Shown here piece by piece: positions 19,639-26,315 of a stretch of 64,000 bases of DNA. The position numbers and the translations under genes were made by a program. The notes under the pieces are model-generated. The model did not search any database. It was not told the DNA's origin and was given only the letters and a program-made list of their open reading frames with translations. The stretch is from the NCBI GenBank assembly GCA_024226335.1, contig JAAELY010000266.1:9515-73514 (forward strand). Direction: 5' to 3'. Every line of letters begins with the position of its first letter. Within the stretch, counting starts at the first letter, position 1. The stretch is from a bacterium. GTDB taxonomy: Bacteria > Myxococcota_A > UBA9160 > SZUA-336.

Positions 19639-19787
19639 TGCTGGGAGTCTACCGCGATCGGCCCGGCTGGCGTGGATTTCCCGGCCTGGGCAGTCTCTGC
19701 AGATTCCACCCGAAGTCCGTAGCTGCACCGGCTTCCAGGGCGAAGAATGGGCTATACAATCAGCGGGGACCTGCTCGCGAAGGGAGC

Positions 19788-20708
19788 ATGAGAATGAGTG
19801 CGGTCAATTCGATCCTGGTGGCTACGGACTTCTCGTCGCATGCGGAGTGCGCGCTCGAGCAGGCGACGAAGCTGGCCAGCTTGCTGGGCGCACGAGTCCA
19901 CCTGGTGTTCGCGGTTCACGTACCGGTGCAACCCCTGCTTCCCGAGATGGCCATCGTTCCGGCCGACATGATCGGACAGATGCGCGAGTTCGGGCGCACG
20001 AAGGCGCAAGAGACGGCCAACAAGATCGAGGCCGCCGGAGTCGAGTACGAAATCCATATCGAAGAAGGCGAGCCGTCGCGCGTCGTGCTCGATCTGGCGG
20101 AGCGCCTGAAAATCGACATGATCGCCGTGGGACGGCGCGGGCAGAGCGCACTGGAGCACGTGATCGTGGGAAGTGTCGCCGAGCGCCTACTTCGTTCGGC
20201 CGACTGTCCCGTACTGACCGCCGTTTCCGAAGGAGGCGAACTCTCGCTCGACGAGATTCTGGTGGCGACCGATCTCTCCGACGCAGCGATCGGCGCGCTT
20301 GGCGTCGCCCAGACGATTGCTGCTGCATCGCCGCCGACCCGGCTCTTGCTCGCATACGCCCACCCGCCCGGGATCCAGGCGGTGCGCTTTCTGGCGCAGA
20401 CCGACGAGCGGGTCTCGATCGGTACCGGTATTCCGATCCTCGACTCGCTTGCCGAAGATGTGGTCACCCGGGCTTCTGCCCTGCTCGATCCCGCGCGCAA
20501 CGGCGGGGTTCAATCCTACCTGGTCACCGGCGATGGCAAACCGGACACCTTGATTCTCGAAACCGCTGAGCAGCGCAATGTGAAGCTGATCGTCATGGGG
20601 ACGCACGGCCGCCGCGGTATCTCACATCTGGTCCTGGGAAGCGTGGCCGAGCGCGTTGTCCACGGCGCGAGTTGTTCGGTCATCACGGCTCGGATTCAGG
20701 GTTCGTGA
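19788..20708 (+). CDS. Tandem universal stress protein (two UspA domains)
   Basis: Two UspA modules, each ending in the ATP-binding G-x2-G-x9-G-S motif (VGRRGQSALEHVIVGSVAERLL and MGTHGRRGISHLVLGSVAERVV). Start at MRMS with AGGGAG upstream. The six-frame ORF extends much further 5' but that part overlaps the opposite-strand gene. Confidence 0.8.
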   Translation: MRMSAVNSILVATDFSSHAECALEQATKLASLLGARVHLVFAVHVPVQPLLPEMAIVPADMIGQMREFGRTKAQETANKIEAAGVEYEIHIEEGEPSRVVLDLAERLKIDMIAVGRRGQSALEHVIVGSVAERLLRSADCPVLTAVSEGGELSLDEILVATDLSDAAIGALGVAQTIAAASPPTRLLLAYAHPPGIQAVRFLAQTDERVSIGTGIPILDSLAEDVVTRASALLDPARNGGVQSYLVTGDGKPDTLILETAEQRNVKLIVMGTHGRRGISHLVLGSVAERVVHGASCSVITARIQGS

Positions 20709-20995
20709 CAGAGAGTTCGGGCGAAGCGCAATCTTCGGCTGAGACTGAGGCGGATTTTTCGATCGTCGCACTCCGGCACGCGCGGAGGGTCGTGATTTTC
20801 GTCGTCGGAACCACGGTGTGTCTTTTCGGGGTCGCCATGATGGTGCTCCCGGGTCCCGGAGTCCTGGGAGTGGCCCTGGGGGTTTCGATCCTGGCGACCG
20901 AGTTCGGCTGGGCGCGTCGGCTGCTGCGCCGCGCGAAACAGGCCGTTGGAGTCGGGGACTCGAAGTCGGACGAGCCCGGGCCCGACTCGCTATAA
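20705..20995 (+). CDS. PGPGW-motif small transmembrane protein
   Basis: Contains VLPGPGVLGVAL (PGPGW/TIGR02611-like) within two predicted TM helices. Probable GTG start overlapping the Usp stop (GTGA). An alternative in-frame start exists at 20672. Confidence 0.45.
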   Translation: MTESSGEAQSSAETEADFSIVALRHARRVVIFVVGTTVCLFGVAMMVLPGPGVLGVALGVSILATEFGWARRLLRRAKQAVGVGDSKSDEPGPDSL

Positions 20996-21005
20996 TCGCT
21001 CCCAG

Positions 21006-21977
21006 ATGCCCGACCAACCCTCGCAACGCAGAAAGCTGGCCGCCATCCTCATGGCCGACGTCTCCGGCTTCAGTCGCCTGATGGGCGCGGATGAAGAGGG
21101 TACGACCGCACGCATGCAGGACTTCCACCGCCGTGTGCACTCACTGATCGAATCCCATCAAGGTCGACTGGTGGACACCGCGGGAGACTCCGTGTTCGGG
21201 GAGTTCGACAGCGTGGTCAACTCGGTGCGCTGCGCCTACGAAATCCAGACGGAGCAAGCTCGCGAGAATCGCGAAGAAGCGGACGATGCGCGCATCGATA
21301 CGCGTATCGGCATTCATCTGGGCGACGTAATCGTCGAAGCACAGCGCGTCTGGGGAGATGGCGTGAACATCGCCGCCCGACTCGAACAGTTTGCGCAACC
21401 CGGATCGATCTGTGTTTCGGAGGCGGTCTACCAGCAAATCTTCAACAAGCTGGACTACGAGTTCCAGGACATGGGTGTCCAGGAGTTGAAGAACATCGAT
21501 CAGCCGCTGCGGGTCTACGGCATCCCCGGACCCGGATCGCTTCCGGTCGCTGCACCTTCGTCCAGCGTCTCTCACCCGCGCACGCGTCGACGTGCGCACC
21601 GACGGCATTCCAAGGACCCAAACCCGCGGGGAAGGCGCGAGCCCTCGACCTGGCTCGAAGCCTTCATGCATCCGCTCGATCTGATTTCGCTGATCATCGC
21701 TGTCGCATTGATCACCTCTCCGCTGCTGATGGTTCCTACGGGTGGCATCTTTTCGACGCTGGGAGGCGTGCTCGCGGGGGTGAGCCTGGGGCGCATCTGG
21801 CGGGCCGTCAGCGGAATTCGCGGCCATCTACAGATTCCACTGGGAGTGGGTATCGCCTCCGGCGCGGCCTTCACCCATTGGAGCGTGCCAACCGACGGAC
21901 TGTTTGTCGTGGCCGGGCTGATCGTGGCCGCAGTCGGCGTGAGTCGCGTGTTTACCGAGCGCCGACTCGCACGCTGA
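21006..21977 (+). CDS. Class III adenylate/guanylate cyclase with C-terminal transmembrane region
   Basis: Cyclase homology domain near the N-terminus (LAAILMADVSGFSRLMG, DTAGDSVFGEF, IGIHLGDVIV, NIAARLE). C-terminal 120 aa contain three to four hydrophobic helices. Confidence 0.7.
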   Translation: MPDQPSQRRKLAAILMADVSGFSRLMGADEEGTTARMQDFHRRVHSLIESHQGRLVDTAGDSVFGEFDSVVNSVRCAYEIQTEQARENREEADDARIDTRIGIHLGDVIVEAQRVWGDGVNIAARLEQFAQPGSICVSEAVYQQIFNKLDYEFQDMGVQELKNIDQPLRVYGIPGPGSLPVAAPSSSVSHPRTRRRAHRRHSKDPNPRGRREPSTWLEAFMHPLDLISLIIAVALITSPLLMVPTGGIFSTLGGVLAGVSLGRIWRAVSGIRGHLQIPLGVGIASGAAFTHWSVPTDGLFVVAGLIVAAVGVSRVFTERRLAR

Positions 21978-22008
21978 CCTCGTTCCGGACCCTCGGGACC
22001 GGTCTCGA

Positions 22009-22377
22009 CTAGAGACTGATCTCGATCATCTCGCGCTTGTCGTAACGACCCGAGAGTTTTGAGAAGAGATCTGCCAATCGGATCTGCAGTCCGTACTTCT
22101 CGCGGAACGAAACGTATGCGGCTTCGATCGTGTTGGAATCCCGGGTGATCGTCGCTGTGGCGTCGATCCAATCGCCGCGCAGCTTTCCGCGCACGTCACA
22201 CGCGGCGACCCGCGCCCGGGGCGAGTTGCGCAAGCGTTTGATCTTGCCCGCATCTCCCGCGGAGAACACGTAGAGCTTGCCGTCGGACTCGGCAAACCAG
22301 ACTGGAGTTTCGACGGCGACGCCGCTCTTCCGGAAGGTTGCAAGGCTCAGGTAGAGGTGCCCTTCGAGTTCGTTCAT
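22009..22377 (-). CDS. Pyridoxamine-5'-phosphate-oxidase-like (PPOX class) FMN/F420-binding small protein
   Basis: About 122 aa. Split-barrel pattern (HLYLSLATFRKSGVAVETPVWFAESDGKLYVFSAGDAGKIKRLRNSPRARV). The longer six-frame ORF upstream is not protein-like. Confidence 0.55.
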   Translation of the reverse strand: MNELEGHLYLSLATFRKSGVAVETPVWFAESDGKLYVFSAGDAGKIKRLRNSPRARVAACDVRGKLRGDWIDATATITRDSNTIEAAYVSFREKYGLQIRLADLFSKLSGRYDKREMIEISL

Positions 22378-22443
22378 ACTTCTCACTGTAACACCTGCTA
22401 ACGCCGCAGCAGGATCTTCGCCCATCCTTGGCACCGAGAGTCC

Positions 22444-23649
22444 ATGAACCCCGACGAATCCGAAGTCGAAGCCACATCGCCACCGCTGGCCGGTGTTCGA
22501 GTCCTGGACTTCACCCGCTTTCTGGCAGGACCTTTTGCCACGATGATGCTGGCGGACTACGGAGCCGAGGTCGTGAAGGTGGAGAATCGGAAGGGTCGCG
22601 AGTTCCGGCCCCCCGGAGCCGGGCGCGACAACTACTTCTTTCTCTCCAGCAATCGCGGCAAGCGCTCGCTGACTCTGGATTTTCGCGATCCGCGCGGCCG
22701 TGCGGCCATCGAACGCATGCTGCCGCGGTTCGATGTGGTCGTCGAGAACTTTCGCCCCGGGATCATGCAGAAGTTCGGACTGGGTCCCGAGGAGTTGACC
22801 GAGCGAGATCCGCGGCTCGTCTACTGTTCGATCTCGGGGTTTGGTGCGGACGGTCCGTACAGGGACCGCCCGGGCTTCGATCAGATCGCGCAGGGCATGA
22901 GTGGACTGATGAGTGTGACGGGCACCGAAGACAGCGGTCCCACGCGTTCCGGCATCGCCATCGGAGATCTGCTGGGCGGGATCTTCGCCGCACACGGCAT
23001 CTGCATGGCGCTGCTGACGCGCGAACGCACGGGTCGCGGGCAGATCGTCGACACGTCACTTCTCGACGCGCTGGTGGGTGTGCTCTCCTGGAGTGCCGGG
23101 ATGTTCTTCGAATCGGGACGAGCACCCGGACCGGCGGGTCAGCACCATCCGCTCTCTTCGCCCTACGGCCGTTTCCGCGCGGCCGATGGCTTCATGAACA
23201 TCGCCGCGGGAACGGACGCCATGTGGCAGAAGCTGGCGCACGCCCTCGATCGGGACTCGTGGATCGGCGACCAGCGTTTTGCCGGCGCCGGGGGACGTAT
23301 CGCGAATCGCCTGGAACTCAGCGCCGAGATCGAAGCGGCGCTGGCGGAGCACTCCGTCGAGCACTGGGTGGATGCGCTCAACGTCGCCGGGGTTCCCGCA
23401 GGTCCGGTCTTGAATCTGGAACAGGTCTTCGCCGATCCCCAGGTTCTGGCGCGCAAGCTATTGCACGAACTGCCCCACCCGGAGCTGGGCACGTTCAAGA
23501 CCACGGGCCTGCCGATCAAACTCTCGCAGACACCGGGTGCGATCGAGACTCCGCCTCCCTTGCTGGGTGAGCACACCGATCAGGTGTTGAGCGAGTGCGG
23601 CTTTTCGTCAGCCGAAATCGAGGAGTTGCGCGCAGCCGAGCTGGTCTGA
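22444..23649 (+). CDS. CoA-transferase family III (CaiB/BaiF) protein
   Basis: N-terminal LAGVRVLDFTRFLAGPFATMMLADYGAEVVKVE and an active-site Asp region (GIAIGDLLGG). Confidence 0.8.
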   Translation: MNPDESEVEATSPPLAGVRVLDFTRFLAGPFATMMLADYGAEVVKVENRKGREFRPPGAGRDNYFFLSSNRGKRSLTLDFRDPRGRAAIERMLPRFDVVVENFRPGIMQKFGLGPEELTERDPRLVYCSISGFGADGPYRDRPGFDQIAQGMSGLMSVTGTEDSGPTRSGIAIGDLLGGIFAAHGICMALLTRERTGRGQIVDTSLLDALVGVLSWSAGMFFESGRAPGPAGQHHPLSSPYGRFRAADGFMNIAAGTDAMWQKLAHALDRDSWIGDQRFAGAGGRIANRLELSAEIEAALAEHSVEHWVDALNVAGVPAGPVLNLEQVFADPQVLARKLLHELPHPELGTFKTTGLPIKLSQTPGAIETPPPLLGEHTDQVLSECGFSSAEIEELRAAELV

Positions 23650-23680
23650 AGAAGCGCGACCTCGTGAGAAACGCAGCCCG

Positions 23681-24259
23681 CTAGAGCTCGTCGATGGACT
23701 GGATGATCTTGCCGACCACTCCGTAGTCGAGAGCTTCCTGGGCCGTCATCCAGAAATTCCGGTCGGTGTCTTCCTCGATGCGTTCGAGTGACTGGCCGGT
23801 CTGCTCGGACAGGATGCGATTCAGGCGCTTGCGCATCTTGACGATCTCCTGCGCCTCGATTCCGATGTCGACGGCCTGACCGCGCACACCGCCCATCGGC
23901 TGGTGCAGGAGGAAGCGCGTGTTCGGCAGGCAGAAACGGTCTTCCTTGGCTGGGGCCACGAAGATGTGCGCACCCGCGCTTGCGACCCAGCCTGTCCCCA
24001 GAATCTTCACGCGCGGCTTCACGAAGCGAATGACGTCGTGGATCGTATCGCCCGCCTCCACGTGGCCGCCCGGCGAGTTGACGAACATGACGATGTCGCC
24101 CATATCGCTTTCCGCCATCGCGATCAGCTTCTTGGAGATTTCCCGGGCGACGTCCATGTTGATCTCGCCGTACAGGAAAATCCGCCGCTTCTCGAAGAGC
24201 GTCTCTTCGAGTCGCATCGGGAAGGGCATTGGCGTTTCGCTGGCGGGCTTGTCACTCAT
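23681..24259 (-). CDS. clpP: ATP-dependent Clp protease proteolytic subunit (ClpP family), solitary
   Basis: Complete catalytic triad context (GWVASAGA Ser, LLHQPMGG His, DTDRNFWMTAQEALDYG Asp). No clpX or clpA adjacent. Confidence 0.8.
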   Translation of the reverse strand: MSDKPASETPMPFPMRLEETLFEKRRIFLYGEINMDVAREISKKLIAMAESDMGDIVMFVNSPGGHVEAGDTIHDVIRFVKPRVKILGTGWVASAGAHIFVAPAKEDRFCLPNTRFLLHQPMGGVRGQAVDIGIEAQEIVKMRKRLNRILSEQTGQSLERIEEDTDRNFWMTAQEALDYGVVGKIIQSIDEL

Positions 24260-25047
24260 GCGTCCGGGTCTCCTTGAAGGCAGGGAGACTAGCGCCCCGG
24301 GCGCCCGCTCCCCACCCCGGCCGTAGGCGGACTCAGGGGCTCGAAGCCCCGATATCGTCCTCCCTCAACGATGATGGCCGCGATCGGCGCAGAAGTGCGA
24401 TCTGGCACCCGGAAAACGAGCAAGTCCTGAACCCGGTTTCCGTGACCGGGTGGGGCCGTTCCTCGTTGCGACAGCTACTTCCCTGGGAAAACCGTGCGAC
24501 GTAACTCGAATCGATTGCGACCCGGGTAAACTGTCTGCCAAGCTGTGGGGTCAGATAAATGGGACAAACGCGCGAGCACACACGGTGTAATCTCAAACTT
24601 GGGGAATTCGAGTCAACGGAAATAGATACGAGCTACGGCCCGATTCTCCTCCACCGAGAAGGTGGGTTCCATCACAGACATCCTATGATCGAGAGGCTTT
24701 CATCTGAAATGACAGAGAGATACTTTCCGTTCTGGCGAGAAGCTCCGCTGATGATCCGCACTGACCGGGAATTCATGTCCCGAGACCGAGGGCCAGAGGC
24801 CTCCGCGAGGGTGCGATTGCTGGACAATGTGGGCGTCGAGAGGGGGGGGGTGGCCGCGAATCGAGGCTTCCATCCCACGGCAGCTTCCGCCGGAACCTCC
24901 CGATTCAGATCATGGAGGTGGATGTCGGGGTTCTTCGCAAATCTGCCACAGGTTCTTTGGGTCGCCTCCGATGGGAACCGGACAATGAAACCCAATTTTG
25001 AATCCGACGATCCCGGTCTGCCGTACACAGGAGAATCGCATTCCGTC
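24260..25047 (+). promoter_or_regulatory. Long (about 790 bp) AT-richer non-coding leader/promoter region upstream of the 25.0-35.8 kb operon and divergent from clpP
   Basis: Local GC is visibly lower than the flanks. No convincing ORF: the in-frame extension of the downstream gene is acidic and not signal-peptide compatible. Contains an 8-bp palindrome AATCGATT at about 24509 and a G9 tract. Confidence 0.3.
24842..24850. repeat. Poly-G homopolymer (G9)
   Basis: A directly read run of nine G at about 200 bp upstream of the first operon gene, in an otherwise mixed-sequence leader. Confidence 0.9.
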
Positions 25048-26253
25048 ATGCACTCTCCGGTCTCTCGCGTTTTCTCGAGAACATGCGCGACACTACTGCT
25101 CGCTTTAGCTGTGCTGGCCTCGCCACCCTATGTTCGGGCGGGGGAGCCGGAAGACGATCCGCTGCTCGAACTCGGTACTGAAGACGGTCATGGCGGCGAA
25201 GACTTCATGAAGTACGACCGCGATCAGATCAAAAAGCAGGTCAAGACCTTCATCCCGCCGCTGCTGAGCCCGGCCTTTACCCAACATGCTTTCGTTCTTC
25301 CTCCTGGTCTGTTCAGGATGGGCCTTTCGCATCGGATCGTGTCGATCGATGGCAACGACTTCTTCAAGAACGGCAACACCAATCGAGCCGTGTTTGCAAA
25401 CTCGGAAGTCGACCGGGAACTGACCGATCTCGACATCTTCTACGGATTCGATCTGAATCGCGAGTACCTGCACGCCTTCACGGTGAGACTCAACATCCCG
25501 TACAAGAACTCGCGGGTTCGCGGCTACGTCCATCCCGGGGGGCTACAGGCACTCAACGCGCACAACACCGCAAGTACCCAGGAACTCGGAGATATCGGAC
25601 TCTTCCTCAAGAAGAAGCTCATGGATCAGGGCAACGGCCCGATCGGAATCGCAGCCGTCGGCGCGGTCTTCTTCCCGACCGGGGACAACGACGAAAGGTA
25701 CGGAAACGACGGGACGATCATGATGCAGATGCCACCGGCTGCACCGACCAGTTCTATCTTCGGGCGGTTTTCCGACGACGGTCGTCTCCCATCCACGCTA
25801 CAGCCCGGCACGGGGAGTTTCAGCTACCTGGGTGGGATGTTCCTGACCCGACAGTTTGATTGGCGTGGGCTTTCGTTGCGCGGCGCCTTTCACCTCGGTG
25901 CGACCTACCGGCTCGTGTTCAAAGAAGACGGGGTCGATCCCGGCGATACCGCGACGTATTTTGCGTCGCTGGTCATGCCGATCCGAAAGGATTTCTTGTC
26001 CGCGGATCTGACCTGCATCGTGTTCGACCACGAAGACGACAGCTACAGCGGGACGTTCATGGATCCGGTCCTGGGCGTGATTCCGCGACCGGACTTTTCC
26101 GGAGGAACGACTGGCTTCATCGCGCCGTCGTTGATTTTCAGTCCCGATCCGCAGTTCCGCGTGACGCTTTCAGCGCTCCTGCGGGTCAAGGATCCGGATC
26201 TCGGACCTGCGCCCCAGTCGATTATCCGACTCGGGTTTTCGGCGACGTTCTGA
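25048..26253 (+). CDS. Outer-membrane beta-barrel protein (MetA-pathway/transporter-like porin family candidate)
   Basis: Signal peptide (MHSPVSRVFSRTCATLLLALAVLASPPYVRA). Alternating amphipathic beta-strand pattern throughout. C-terminal aromatic residue (..LGFSATF) typical of OM barrels. Start at ATG 25048. Confidence 0.5.
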   Translation: MHSPVSRVFSRTCATLLLALAVLASPPYVRAGEPEDDPLLELGTEDGHGGEDFMKYDRDQIKKQVKTFIPPLLSPAFTQHAFVLPPGLFRMGLSHRIVSIDGNDFFKNGNTNRAVFANSEVDRELTDLDIFYGFDLNREYLHAFTVRLNIPYKNSRVRGYVHPGGLQALNAHNTASTQELGDIGLFLKKKLMDQGNGPIGIAAVGAVFFPTGDNDERYGNDGTIMMQMPPAAPTSSIFGRFSDDGRLPSTLQPGTGSFSYLGGMFLTRQFDWRGLSLRGAFHLGATYRLVFKEDGVDPGDTATYFASLVMPIRKDFLSADLTCIVFDHEDDSYSGTFMDPVLGVIPRPDFSGGTTGFIAPSLIFSPDPQFRVTLSALLRVKDPDLGPAPQSIIRLGFSATF

Positions 26254-26315
26254 CAGATGGAAAAGAAATACTCGATCGCGTTGGAAATGCTTCGACCTGA
26301 TTGTGCGGGGAAAAC

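Noticed and set aside
18813-19787. 5' two-thirds of the 631-aa plus-strand ORF ending at 20708
   Set aside because: Only the last about 306 aa form a recognisable tandem Usp protein with its own Shine-Dalgarno and ATG (19788). The upstream part overlaps the minus-strand NAD-kinase-like gene and is Arg/Pro-rich nonsense.
22378-22995. Upstream part of the 328-aa minus-strand ORF containing the PPOX-like protein
   Set aside because: No protein-like features. Overlaps the CoA-transferase gene on the other strand. The PPOX-like domain starts at MNELE (22377).
24559-25047. In-frame upstream extension of the OM barrel ORF (start at 24559 or MKPNF at 24985)
   Set aside because: An acidic N-terminus is incompatible with a Sec signal peptide. 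The signal sequence begins right after the ATG at 25048. The region is better explained as leader or regulatory DNA.
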